NCBI GenBank assembly: GCA_045546195.1 | Contig: JAZQCH010000008.1 | Span: 7,481 to 71,480 of the forward strand | Source: Candidatus Enterousia sp. | Lineage (GTDB): Bacteria; Pseudomonadota; Alphaproteobacteria; Rs-D84 | DNA length: 64,000 nucleotides | Reading direction: 5' to 3' | Shown: positions 45,710 to 54,412 of the stretch, piece after piece | Layout of the letters: each line of letters begins with the position of its first letter | How positions within the stretch are numbered: the stretch's first letter is position 1 | The notes under the pieces: model-generated | Seen by the model: the letters and a program-made list of their open reading frames with translations, nothing else | Databases searched by the model: none | Told to the model about the DNA's origin: nothing | Made by a program: the position numbers and the translations under genes

Positions 45710-46507
45710 ATGACTTGGACAATTGTTGTGCTGGCGCTTGGTATCGCTTTGTACATGTTGTGTGGCATGTTGCAGGCATCAAGTATGGCAAAAAAAGCAA
45801 TCAAAGCATTGGCAATCATTATTATGGCGGGCGCGGTTTGCCGTTTGTATGTGCCGTATTATTTGACATCTGTGAATCCTGCGATTATTCAGGAAATGGT
45901 CGAAGGTATGCAGGAACAGCAGAACGCTGAAAAGAACAAAGCAATCCGTAAATTTGTTCGTGAATCTGCGTTTGAAATGAGTGAACATGCCCCAATCTTG
46001 GGTAATCCAGAAGCGAAAAAGACAATCTATGTCTGGACAGCGGCATCGTGTGGTTATTGCCGTCGTGTTCATGGCGAACTGGACCGCGTGTTGAAATCGC
46101 GTGACGATGTCAAGGTTGTGATGAAAAACTTCTCTATCCATGGTGTGATGAGTGATGGCCCTGCGCGTGCGATGATTGCCGCTAAGATGCAGGATGCAGC
46201 CAAGGCAGCAAAATTTGCGGATATCGTTATGACCAAAGAATATCGTCCATCTGAAAATATTCAGGACCAGGCGAAATTGGCCGCAGCGATTGAAAAGAAC
46301 CTGATGAAATTCGCAGAAGAAGCAGGTTTGGACGCAAAACAGTTGAAGGAAGATATGTCCAGCGAAGTTGTTGAAATCGAATTGGCAAACGTTCGTGATT
46401 TGGCAAATCGTTTCGAAATCACAGGTACACCGTTCTTGATTATTGGCGAAGAAGCGTTCCCAGGCGCAATCCCAGCCGATCAAATCAACGCAGCGTTGGA
46501 TAAATAA
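45710..46507 (+). CDS. DsbA-family thiol:disulfide oxidoreductase, membrane-anchored
   Basis: AAGGAG SD, N-terminal TM segment, thioredoxin-fold active site WTAASCGYCRR (CxxC). Confidence 0.75.
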   Translation: MTWTIVVLALGIALYMLCGMLQASSMAKKAIKALAIIIMAGAVCRLYVPYYLTSVNPAIIQEMVEGMQEQQNAEKNKAIRKFVRESAFEMSEHAPILGNPEAKKTIYVWTAASCGYCRRVHGELDRVLKSRDDVKVVMKNFSIHGVMSDGPARAMIAAKMQDAAKAAKFADIVMTKEYRPSENIQDQAKLAAAIEKNLMKFAEEAGLDAKQLKEDMSSEVVEIELANVRDLANRFEITGTPFLIIGEEAFPGAIPADQINAALDK

Positions 46508-46522
46508 TTTTTGATTGCACAT

Positions 46523-46552
46523 AAAAAAATCCCCCACCCGGGGGATTTTTTT
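46523..46552 (+). terminator. Intrinsic terminator after the dsbA-like gene
   Basis: AAAAAAATCCCCC-ACCC-GGGGGATTTTTTT. Confidence 0.75.
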
Positions 46553-46593
46553 ATTTCCCGCTTACTTCGATAAACTTTTATTTATCTAAGTAA

Positions 46594-46801
46594 TTGAATA
46601 TATCAAAAATATTTTGTATAATGTGTGGGCATTGGGAAACCAACGTTGGGCTTAGAAACCCATTGAGTGCGTCATAGGGATGACGTAAAAAATCTCCAAC
46701 CAGGTAAGTGGTTGGAGTGTGCAGAATACATTGAATAATGCACGCAATTCACTCAATTGTTTCTAAACTCCAACCACCATTGTTTTTCAAAGGTGGTTTT
46801 T
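46594..46801 (+). promoter_or_regulatory. Promoter plus ~180-nt structured leader with terminator/antiterminator alternative (leader 1)
   Basis: TTGAAT-N17-TATAAT (46594-46622). Hairpin CTCCAACC(46694-46701)/GGTTGGAG(46710-46717). A second CTCCAACC at 46768-46775 overlaps the terminator arm AACCACC(46772-46778)/GGTGGTT(46792-46798), which is followed by TTT (3 T). Confidence 0.6.
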
Positions 46802-46825
46802 AATTTATAACCAAGGGATGTGAAT

Positions 46826-47455
46826 ATGAAAAAAATCTTTTTGACGACAGGATTGTTGTCTGTTTTAACGATGCCGGCATTGGCGGATGTCAAGTGGTTC
46901 GTTGGGGGTGGTTTGGGGTATGCGTCGCCCGTGTTTTCAGATTTGATAGATGATGCGATTGATGCGGACTATTTCAATGATGAAAGTGGAACGTTGACCT
47001 TTCATCTGATGGGTGGTATGCGTTTTGGTGAACGTGATAAAATATATAACGGTGGTGTTAGTGCAAACTATGTTTATATGTCAGATTTGGGGCATTTGAC
47101 AGACGGGTATAATAATGAATATGTGATTGATGCTACATTGGATTTTTCAACGTGGTACATATCCTATGACAATTATGTTCGTGTGTCGGGTGACTTTCAA
47201 TACAGAACCGATTTTATTGCGTCGATTGGATTGGGTTTGGGTTGGATGAACGAAAGTTTGGTAAGTGGTTCGTATTATGAAGACTATGAAGATGATGGTA
47301 TGTTGGTTGCGTTAAAATTTGGTTTTGGTGGTGAAACTAAAATCGAAGGTTTGGGGTGGCACGCCATGTTGAACTTTATTTCACTGAATGCCGATGATGA
47401 TGTGGATTTACAGGGAAGTGTTGGCTTTGACGTTGGTGTAAAGTACACATTTTAG
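46826..47455 (+). CDS. Small outer-membrane beta-barrel protein (OmpA-like/OMP_b-brl family)
   Basis: Signal peptide MKKIFLTTGLLSVLTMPALA, alternating Gly/aromatic beta-strand pattern, C-terminus ..GVKYTF. Confidence 0.7.
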   Translation: MKKIFLTTGLLSVLTMPALADVKWFVGGGLGYASPVFSDLIDDAIDADYFNDESGTLTFHLMGGMRFGERDKIYNGGVSANYVYMSDLGHLTDGYNNEYVIDATLDFSTWYISYDNYVRVSGDFQYRTDFIASIGLGLGWMNESLVSGSYYEDYEDDGMLVALKFGFGGETKIEGLGWHAMLNFISLNADDDVDLQGSVGFDVGVKYTF

Positions 47456-47462
47456 TTTAATT

Positions 47463-47530
47463 AAAAATCCCCCTGTGTCCATCCACGCAAATATTTGTTT
47501 GTGCGGGGGCCGACTGGGGGGATTTTTTTT
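47463..47530 (+). repeat. Terminator hairpin with conserved core (copy 3 of 4)
   Basis: AAAAATCCCCC..TCCATCCACGCAAATATTTGTTTGTGCGGGGGCCGA..GGGGGGATTTTTTTT. Confidence 0.8.
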
Positions 47531-47551
47531 ATGTGCGTGATTCCTTTCATC

Positions 47552-47793
47552 TTGCTTTGTGTGATTTTTTTATTTATGCTGTGGGATGTCTGATATGATG
47601 TCAGACATCAAGGACGCAGTTAGTGGACGGGTTTAGTCACCCGAACATGACGAAATTACTAACTATTTGTCCCGACATTATTTGTCGGGAAGCTGTTTGC
47701 TATACAAAAGCCCACGGGTAAAGGCAAATGGATTCATCGTTATGTTTGAATGACTAACTTCCCGACACCTACAAAACTGTGGGTGTTTTTTTA
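47552..47793 (+). promoter_or_regulatory. Promoter plus ~210-nt structured leader with terminator/antiterminator alternative (leader 2)
   Basis: TTGCTT-N17-TATGCT. Hairpin TCCCGACA(47670-47677)/TGTCGGGA(47683-47690). CTTCCCGACA at 47758-47767 can pair with TGTCGGGAAG and overlaps terminator ACACCTAC(47765-47772)/GTGGGTGT(47779-47786), which is followed by T7. Confidence 0.6.
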
Positions 47794-47815
47794 TAAAAAC
47801 AACAGGAATTTAGTC

Positions 47816-48373
47816 ATGAAAAACATAACAAAAGTATGCGCCATTTGCGGGATGGTGTTGGTCAGCGTACAGGCGGCAAGCGCCAGTCGTGCAATTGAAA
47901 ATATTGGGGATTTTTTGTCCTTTAAGGTTTTGCCAATGTATTCGGCGGCATCTACGTTTTATAATTCTGATTGGAACACATGGTATGATTATGATTGGGA
48001 CGGGTTAAAGCAATTGGTGGTGGTGAATTTAATCAAGTCAACTGTGACAGACAGATTAAAAGAGCAGATTGATGAACCACGACCAAATGGGCGGGGAAAT
48101 GACAGTTTCCCATCTGGACATACATCAAATGCGTTTGCCCATGCCGCGTTTATTCATCGGCGTTATGGTATAAACCAGGCGATTTTACCGTACACAATGG
48201 CGACATTTGTTGGCTATTCGCGGGTTCAGGCCAAATGGCACTATGTTCATGATGTGTTGGCCGGGGCGGCAATTGGTTTTCTGTCGGCGTGGGTGTTCGC
48301 AGACCCAAAGTATAATGTTGTTGTGTCCGCCGATACAGATGGGGCGCGTGTGGATTTTCATACAACATTTTAA
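47816..48373 (+). CDS. PAP2-family (acid/lipid) phosphatase
   Basis: Signal peptide, then the three PAP2 motifs KEQIDEPRP, PSGH, SRVQAKWHYVHD. Confidence 0.85.
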   Translation: MKNITKVCAICGMVLVSVQAASASRAIENIGDFLSFKVLPMYSAASTFYNSDWNTWYDYDWDGLKQLVVVNLIKSTVTDRLKEQIDEPRPNGRGNDSFPSGHTSNAFAHAAFIHRRYGINQAILPYTMATFVGYSRVQAKWHYVHDVLAGAAIGFLSAWVFADPKYNVVVSADTDGARVDFHTTF

Positions 48374-48380
48374 TGTGTAA

Positions 48381-48407
48381 AAAAAAACCGCCAAACGGCG
48401 GTTTTTT
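48381..48407. terminator. Bidirectional terminator
   Basis: AAAAAAACCGCC-AAAC-GGCGGTTTTTT. Confidence 0.75.
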
Positions 48408-49818
48408 AATTCTGGAAGAAACGGTTAAATATTTTTTCGTTTACTTCGGTTGGGTATTCGCGCATCAGAAACGAATTATAGTCGTCCATAATGCCGGATT
48501 CTGACATTGTTTTCATTTCATCACGCAAATCAGCCATTTGTTTTTTATCAACCGTTGGGGCGATTGATTTTTTGATGTTCAATACATAGAACGCATCAGG
48601 TGATGAAACGATTGATTTTTCATCAATGTCACCACGGAATGCGGCAACCAATACATCGGTTGGTGCCCCAGATGCGCGCGAAACAGTTGCGGATTTACCG
48701 TTTGCCAACTTGCCGTTTGTTTTGAAGTCTGTTAAAATCGCGTTGGCACGGACATAGGCCTGTTTTTTCTGTTCGGCACGTTTCCAATCATTTACCAATG
48801 ATTTTTTAACAGATTCAAATTCCGCCGTGTGTGATGGCGTGATTTTGTTCACACGCAGGAATACAAAACCGTCGTTGGTTTCAATCATTTCACTTTCCAG
48901 TTCGGCGTCCATGTCAAAGATTTTGGCAATCATATCATCTGTCAACACTTTGTCCACAGGGCGATTGTCGCGGTCAAATGTGCCCAGGTCAACATATTTC
49001 GCACCGTGTTTCTTGGCCGCGTCCACCATCGTTTCGCCGGCAATAATATCATCTTCGAATTTAACGGCGATGGCATAGCCTGCGTCGTATTTGTCGGGCA
49101 GTGTCATTTCAGTTGGTATAATTACATATGAAACACTGCGGGTTTCAGGGACTGTTTGTGGATTCTGCTTATAGTATTCGGCCAGTTGTTCGTCCGAAGG
49201 TGCGGCAACATCAAAGTCAGAATATTTGACAGTTGCGTATTCGATTTCGCGTGTGCCATAGCGCGCATCGTATGTCGCGCGCAGGGAAAATTCAGGTTGT
49301 GGTACCGCCACGCCGACCGCGCCCAGAACCATAGAACGCAAAACGTTGCCACGCAGAACGTCGGCAAAGCCCGCTTCGGTATAGCCGGAATTATATAGTA
49401 TGTTGTCGAATGCCAGTGTGGAAAATTCGCCATTGACCTGAAATTCTGGGAATGAACGGATTTCGTGGGCGATGCGTTTGTCGCTGACCACAAAGCCCAG
49501 GTCGTCTGCGCGGTTTTCCGCCATCTGCTGGGTTGCCATTTTTGTCAGGATTTGTCGCATAAATGCGTTCTGGGTCGCGGTGTCCGCATAGACCTTGCGT
49601 TGTTCATCCTTGCTTAACTGGGCCATGGCGCGCGATTTTTCCATATTAAATTCCTGGGTGGAAATTTCGGTGTCGCCAACGCGTACCAGTGTGTTGTCAT
49701 TTGTCACATTGCCAAAAATCCATTCGGCAACACCCCAACCAACGAAAGAAAATGCCAAAACACTGATTAAAATCTTGGCAATTGGTTTTTCTGATGCATT
49801 TCTTAAATATTCTAGCAT
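48406..49818 (-). CDS. PpiD-like periplasmic chaperone (SurA N-terminal domain protein)
   Basis: ATG 49818 follows AAGGGGA. MLEYLRNASEKPIAKILISVLAFSFVGWGV.. is a membrane-anchored N-terminus typical of PpiD. Confidence 0.7.
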   Translation of the reverse strand: MLEYLRNASEKPIAKILISVLAFSFVGWGVAEWIFGNVTNDNTLVRVGDTEISTQEFNMEKSRAMAQLSKDEQRKVYADTATQNAFMRQILTKMATQQMAENRADDLGFVVSDKRIAHEIRSFPEFQVNGEFSTLAFDNILYNSGYTEAGFADVLRGNVLRSMVLGAVGVAVPQPEFSLRATYDARYGTREIEYATVKYSDFDVAAPSDEQLAEYYKQNPQTVPETRSVSYVIIPTEMTLPDKYDAGYAIAVKFEDDIIAGETMVDAAKKHGAKYVDLGTFDRDNRPVDKVLTDDMIAKIFDMDAELESEMIETNDGFVFLRVNKITPSHTAEFESVKKSLVNDWKRAEQKKQAYVRANAILTDFKTNGKLANGKSATVSRASGAPTDVLVAAFRGDIDEKSIVSSPDAFYVLNIKKSIAPTVDKKQMADLRDEMKTMSESGIMDDYNSFLMREYPTEVNEKIFNRFFQN

Positions 49819-49888
49819 TTGTTCCCCTTTTGCGATACCATAGCAAAACGATGTGATAAAAAGCAATTAAAAAAAAGGGGAATTTCAA

Positions 49889-50593
49889 ATGAAAATTATT
49901 GCTGGGAATTGGAAAATGAACGGGTCGCGTGCGGGGTTGGATGCGATGTTGCGTGACCTGGAAAATGTCGATACGGAAAATACAGTTATTCTGTGTGTGC
50001 CATATACTATGTTGCGGGCGGGAAATGCGCGTGTGGCGATTGGTGCCCAGGATGTAAGTCAACATACGCACGGCGCATATACTGGTTCTGTGTCGGCCCA
50101 GATGGTCGCGGACGCAGGCGCAAAATATGTGATTGTTGGGCACAGTGAATGCCGCCAGTATAACGGGGATACAAATTCGACCGTGCGGCAAAAGGCCAGC
50201 CAGGTTCTGGCCAATGGGATGATTCCAATTATTTGTGTCGGTGAAACTATGGATGAAAAGCAGGCCGGTAAAACCATGGCAGTAATTGAATCTGGGGTGC
50301 GTGAATCGATTCCGTCAGATGTCGGTACGCCGATTGTTGTCGCGTATGAACCGCGCTGGGCCATTGGTGCGGGTTTGACGCCGACTGCGGATGAAATTGC
50401 CGGGGCGCACGCGTTGATTGCCAATACTTTGGCGGAAATGGGGCTGGCGGGGACACCGATTCTGTATGGTGCGTCGGTCAAGGGGGCGAATGCCGCAGAA
50501 ATTATGTCGATTCCAAATGTTGACGGTGTGTTGGTTGGTGGCGCGTCCTTGAAAAGTGACGATTTCATACCTATAATAACCAGTGTAAAATAA
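49889..50593 (+). CDS. tpiA: Triosephosphate isomerase
   Basis: MKIIAGNWKMNG.., ..VGHSECR.., ..AYEPRWAIG.. Confidence 0.95.
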   Translation: MKIIAGNWKMNGSRAGLDAMLRDLENVDTENTVILCVPYTMLRAGNARVAIGAQDVSQHTHGAYTGSVSAQMVADAGAKYVIVGHSECRQYNGDTNSTVRQKASQVLANGMIPIICVGETMDEKQAGKTMAVIESGVRESIPSDVGTPIVVAYEPRWAIGAGLTPTADEIAGAHALIANTLAEMGLAGTPILYGASVKGANAAEIMSIPNVDGVLVGGASLKSDDFIPIITSVK

Positions 50594-50612
50594 TTATATA
50601 GTATGAACAAAA

Positions 50613-51131
50613 ATGGAAGATGGCATGAATAACGATGATAAGGAAGTTCAGGTAGAGGCAGTGTCCGTTGATGATGCACCGGTCGTTGATACAACACCGC
50701 AGGAATCCGAGGTTGAACAGTTAACCGCCCAGTTGGCGGATATGAACGATAAATACCTGCGGATGGCGGCGGAATTAGAAAATACGCGTCGTCGGGCGGC
50801 ACTGGATGCGGAATCGCGTGCGCGCGTGCGTTCGATGGGTGTGGCGGAAAAAATTCTGCCGGTGATGGATGCGGTGGATGCCGCGTTAAAGCATGCCCCA
50901 GATGATGCGGGGATTCAATCGATGGCGCGTGCGCTGGAATCTGCGTTCGCCCAGATTGGGATTGTAAAAATTGAATCTGTGGGCCAGGTGCTGAACCCGA
51001 TGTTTCATAATGCGATTCAGGTTGTGGAATCTGGGGATGTGGCGTCCGGCACGATTGTCGAAGAAATGCAGACCGGATATATGTTTGGTGACGCCGTCCT
51101 GCGAACGGCAATGGTTGTTGTCGCAAAATAA
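50613..51131 (+). CDS. grpE: Nucleotide exchange factor GrpE
   Basis: ..YLRMAAELENTRRR.. coiled-coil motif, C-terminal beta domain ..GYMFGDAVLRTAMVVV. The start may be ATG 50625. Confidence 0.9.
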   Translation: MEDGMNNDDKEVQVEAVSVDDAPVVDTTPQESEVEQLTAQLADMNDKYLRMAAELENTRRRAALDAESRARVRSMGVAEKILPVMDAVDAALKHAPDDAGIQSMARALESAFAQIGIVKIESVGQVLNPMFHNAIQVVESGDVASGTIVEEMQTGYMFGDAVLRTAMVVVAK

Positions 51132-51199
51132 AAAAGCACCGCCCGATTATCACCCACAAAATTTACAATTTTGCGGGGCCCGATTTTGGGCGGTTTTTA
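51130..51199 (+). repeat. Terminator hairpin with conserved core (copy 4 of 4, more diverged)
   Basis: ACCGCCC..TCACCCACAAAATTTACAATTTTGCGGGGCCCG..GGGCGGTTTTT. Confidence 0.7.
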
Positions 51200-51264
51200 T
51201 GTTGAATATACACGATAAAATGATAGCATATCATTGTATGAATAACTAGCAAAGGTGGTGATGG

Positions 51265-51990
51265 ATGTTGTCGGTTATTAAATCGTGGGGGTGGTATGGC
51301 TGGGTAAAACGTGTGCTGGCCGTGGCGTTGGTGATGTTGTGTATCGTTAATATGGTTGGTGTGTGTTGGTATGGGGTTGCCACGGACGGTTGGGCGTTGG
51401 CCGGGCTTATGTTGCTGTTTTATGCGCCATTTATTTTGTTGCCGTTGCTGGGGATGGCGTGGTTGGTTTGGCGGGATTTTAGGTCGCCGTATGTTGTTTT
51501 GATAATTTTTGCTGTGCTGTTTATGTTGTTGGGTGCGTTGGTGGGTGGTGCGCATGTTTGGCGATTTGCGAATATAATACGGATGTGTGTGTTGGCGGGT
51601 GTTATATTTGTGTCGGGCGCGTGTATTCGACGGGCGGGCGCAGTTCGGCGGGCAACCGGGGGCACAGAACCCGGGGGTGTGGCGTTGGTTTCGTTGATTG
51701 TGGTTTGGACGATGACGGTTGTGATGGTGTTGAATTTGCTGGGGGGATTTTTCTTGTGGGGCTATGATGAGTTCAACATAGAACAAGAATGTATCGCGAC
51801 AAAAATTGCCCAGGGATATCCAGAGGATTTCGCCCGCGAATACTGTTTTGGTCCCGGTCAGGGATGCGTGTCCAAGGCGTATGTGGAAAATTGCGAAGTG
51901 GGCTTAAAATGCTGTTTCGCAACTGTGGCAGAAGATATGCGTTGGAACTATCTGGAATATGATGCCCAGGGGAACAAGATAGCGGAATAA
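51265..51990 (+). CDS. Hypothetical multi-pass membrane protein with Cys-containing C-terminal domain
   Basis: About 5 hydrophobic segments, then ..ECIATKIAQGYPEDFAREYCFGPGQGCVSKAYVENCEVGLKCCF.. . No recognised family. Confidence 0.55.
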   Translation: MLSVIKSWGWYGWVKRVLAVALVMLCIVNMVGVCWYGVATDGWALAGLMLLFYAPFILLPLLGMAWLVWRDFRSPYVVLIIFAVLFMLLGALVGGAHVWRFANIIRMCVLAGVIFVSGACIRRAGAVRRATGGTEPGGVALVSLIVVWTMTVVMVLNLLGGFFLWGYDEFNIEQECIATKIAQGYPEDFAREYCFGPGQGCVSKAYVENCEVGLKCCFATVAEDMRWNYLEYDAQGNKIAE

Positions 51991-52165
51991 GATTTTTCTA
52001 ATTGTGTATTCTCGTATTCGCCATGCGTGCCTGTGGGCGTTGCCCACGAAAACTGCGTTTTCTGTTGGCACTTGATAAATAATAGAGGTCGCCAAGAATC
52101 AAACACAGGCAATAACGAAAATCAAAAAAATCTCCGTCTGTCGATTTTTTAAGATTTTCTTAATT
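51988..52165. repeat. Two partial copies of the 20862-20924 repeat, in inverted orientation
   Basis: The reverse complement of 52118-52165 matches 20877-20924 at 45/48. The reverse complement of 51988-52018 matches 20862-20893 (AATACGAGAATA[C/G]ACAATTA(A)GAAAA(A)TCTTA). Confidence 0.85.
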
Positions 52166-52252
52166 GGCCCCAACCGGATTGTTCGCTGCGCTCACCACAC
52201 GTAAGGCACGAACTTCGTTTCACTCGTTCTTGCCAACTATCGTGTCGAACCT
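52166..52252 (-). other. tRNA-Glu 3'-half pseudo-copy interrupted in the T-loop
   Basis: Minus strand reads AGGTTCGA, then a ~65-nt insert, then ATCCGGTTGGGGCC. GCCCCAACCGGATT at 52167-52180 repeats 52327-52340 of the real tRNA. Confidence 0.65.
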
Positions 52253-52321
52253 ACGGTTTTCATCCGTGGGGCAGCCAGAAAGAATTAAAAAACACCACAA
52301 AATGTGGTGTTTTTTGATTCT

Positions 52322-52397
52322 TGGCAGCCCCAACCGGATTCGAACCGGTGTTCTCGCCTTGAAAGGGCGGTGTCCTAGGCCTCTAGACGATGGGGCC
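52322..52397 (-). tRNA. tRNA-Glu (anticodon UUC)
   Basis: The reverse complement reads GGCCCCATCGTCTAGAGGCCTAGGACACCGCCCTTTCAAGGCGAGAACACCGGTTCGAATCCGGTTGGGGCTGCCA. Confidence 0.9.
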
Positions 52398-52474
52398 AAA
52401 ACTGCCGTGTTCATATCGAACGCCGGTGAATTATACATGGCTTTGACCCCGTTGTCAAGTGTTTATCAATGATT

Positions 52475-52906
52475 TTATTCCGATGCGGTTTCGGAATCTG
52501 CCGCTGGGGCAGGGGTGTCTTCGATTTGGGTAAAGATAATTTCTTTGCCGTCGGATGCAATCAATGTTAATTTGCCGTCGCCCAATTCATATGTTTCAAC
52601 CTTTGGCATGAATTCAAAGTATTCACGTTCGGTTTCCATGGCCTCTGCGTCGCCCATCATCATAGTGGATGCGAAACCTTCGAATTTAATGTTGTTGCCG
52701 TCCGCAGTATAACCGCCGTTATAGCGATTTACAACACCCCCATAGACGCGCATTTCAACCGGGTCAAATGACAATGTAATGTCAACGCCAGGCTGGGCAG
52801 ATATAAAATTTGCGCCCTTTAACAATTCTGGGTTTTGGGTGTCGTCCGCGCCACATGCCGTCAATGCCAGGGCGCATGCGCCAATTGCTAATAATTTGAA
52901 TTTCAT
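52475..52906 (-). CDS. META-domain (HslJ-like) lipoprotein
   Basis: Lipobox LALTAC. ..VNRYNGGYTADGNNIKFEGFASTMMMG..E..F......Y.L.DGKLTL pattern of META domains. Confidence 0.7.
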   Translation of the reverse strand: MKFKLLAIGACALALTACGADDTQNPELLKGANFISAQPGVDITLSFDPVEMRVYGGVVNRYNGGYTADGNNIKFEGFASTMMMGDAEAMETEREYFEFMPKVETYELGDGKLTLIASDGKEIIFTQIEDTPAPAADSETASE

Positions 52907-53036
52907 GGTTTTCTCCTTTGGCTGTTATGATATAACAATCCGATTATAGAACATTATTTTCAATAATAAACAAGAAAATACACCATTATGTTACACAAAA
53001 CTTGACAATAATAGTGTTTGTGTTAACTTTGTCTTT

Positions 53037-54206
53037 GTGACTGATAAAGATGATGTGATTTTAGTTTCCAACAGTGATAGCAGGGCAAAGCCAAGTTTTG
53101 CCCAGCGTTTTCGTGAACGCTTGGTATATCCGTTCCAGAAACGGCGTTTTTATGCGCAATGGGAAAATGCGCCAATGGATATGCGGTTTCGTCTGACTAA
53201 TAAATGTAATGAAAACTGTGCGCGATGTTTCGAGTGTTCGGGGCCAGACAATCCGTTAAATGTGGTTCCTGTGGATGATATTGCGCTTTATGTAAATCAG
53301 TCGGGTGTGAATTTTACAGGCATTTATATGACAGGTGGGGAATGGTCGCTGATATACGATATTTGGCCACACTATATGCGTGAAATATTTGATAAATTGG
53401 ATTTGTCCAGGTCAGATGAATACACTATTCAGACAAACGCGCGATGGGTGCGTGGGGCGCATCGGGATGAAATACTGGGGGATATAAAATATATTCAGTC
53501 GAAATTGCGGGGGCAAAATCGGGGGCTGAAATTAGATATGTCGGTGGACCGGTATCGCAGTGCGCAAAGTATTGACTGTGTGCGTGATGTCGTCGTTGCG
53601 GTTGCGTCGGATGGGGAATTTGATAATACTAAAATTCGGCTAATGTCGTGCGCGTTGGATGCCAAAATGGCAAATGAGCGGGTTTTAATCCCTGAATTTT
53701 TTTCGGCGCGTGGGATAGAGTTAAAATTTGAAAACCGTTCGTGGTTTAATCCTTATTTCCAGGTGTGCTATGCCAACAATACCCGTATTGTTATTCACGA
53801 AGAAGGGCCCACTATGCGTATCGGGCGCGCCCGGCAAAATGGTATTGGGTATAAAATTTACTATCCGCAATTACAGTGTGGTGGTCTGCAACGCGAAAAT
53901 ACATTGATGGAATTGTCGCTGCGTGAAGATGGTATGATAAAATGGCATAATTGGTACGATTGGGATATAATGACCCCATACCGTGATGCCAATGGTGGGT
54001 ATAAGTCCATGGGGCAAATTCGGGCGGAACTGGTGGATATGGTATGGCCGCGTCTGCTGCGTCATAATATAAAAAATACAGTGCTGAATCTGTTGCCGAT
54101 ATATGGCGATATTCGTCAGATTTATATCAATAATCAAATCAAAAAAACATACGAAGACAACAGAAAGCACTTTGTACACATCGCCAAGCCGATTAAGGAA
54201 TTATAG
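53037..54206 (+). CDS. Radical SAM enzyme, unknown subfamily
   Basis: CX3CX2C cluster motif in RLTNKCNENCARCFE and a GGE SAM-binding motif in IYMTGGEW. GTG start is uncertain (an in-frame ATG lies 46 codons downstream). Confidence 0.7.
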   Translation: MTDKDDVILVSNSDSRAKPSFAQRFRERLVYPFQKRRFYAQWENAPMDMRFRLTNKCNENCARCFECSGPDNPLNVVPVDDIALYVNQSGVNFTGIYMTGGEWSLIYDIWPHYMREIFDKLDLSRSDEYTIQTNARWVRGAHRDEILGDIKYIQSKLRGQNRGLKLDMSVDRYRSAQSIDCVRDVVVAVASDGEFDNTKIRLMSCALDAKMANERVLIPEFFSARGIELKFENRSWFNPYFQVCYANNTRIVIHEEGPTMRIGRARQNGIGYKIYYPQLQCGGLQRENTLMELSLREDGMIKWHNWYDWDIMTPYRDANGGYKSMGQIRAELVDMVWPRLLRHNIKNTVLNLLPIYGDIRQIYINNQIKKTYEDNRKHFVHIAKPIKEL

Positions 54207-54333
54207 AACCGCGGGGCAAAGGACAAAAACGCACCAAATGGTGCGTTTTGAAACGGGTAGCCCTTGTTGGGATGCCAAGGCGAGTCCAAAGCCCCAGATT
54301 TCCAATGGTTTCAGACGGTTGATTTGTCAGCCT

Positions 54334-54353
54334 GCATCACACATCGCATCACA
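54334..54353 (+). repeat. Direct repeat (left copy) flanking the lipoprotein gene
   Basis: GCATCACACATCGCATCACA versus GCATCACACTTTGCATCACA at 54782-54801 (18/20). Confidence 0.7.
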
Positions 54354-54412
54354 GTTTCTGGGCAAGTTGTATATGTTTTGAAAATATGCGTAATATAATC
54401 CGGGGATTTTTT

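Noticed and set aside
45779-46537. 252-aa minus-strand ORF
   Set aside because: It is antisense to the DsbA-like gene, which has an SD, a TM anchor and a CxxC motif. The antisense product is low-complexity.
46629-46801. Assignment of the two leaders to a known riboswitch class
   Set aside because: I looked for hallmark consensus strings of TPP, SAM-I/II, cobalamin, FMN, glycine, lysine, purine, c-di-GMP, fluoride and Mn/yybP elements and recognised none. They are left as unclassified candidate attenuators.
50059-51159. 366-aa minus-strand ORF
   Set aside because: It is antisense to the clearly recognisable tpiA and grpE. The composition is P/H/R/S-rich and low in complexity, typical of a shadow ORF.
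52164-52472. 102-aa plus-strand ORF
   Set aside because: It is the reverse-strand translation of tRNA-Glu and its pseudo-copy.
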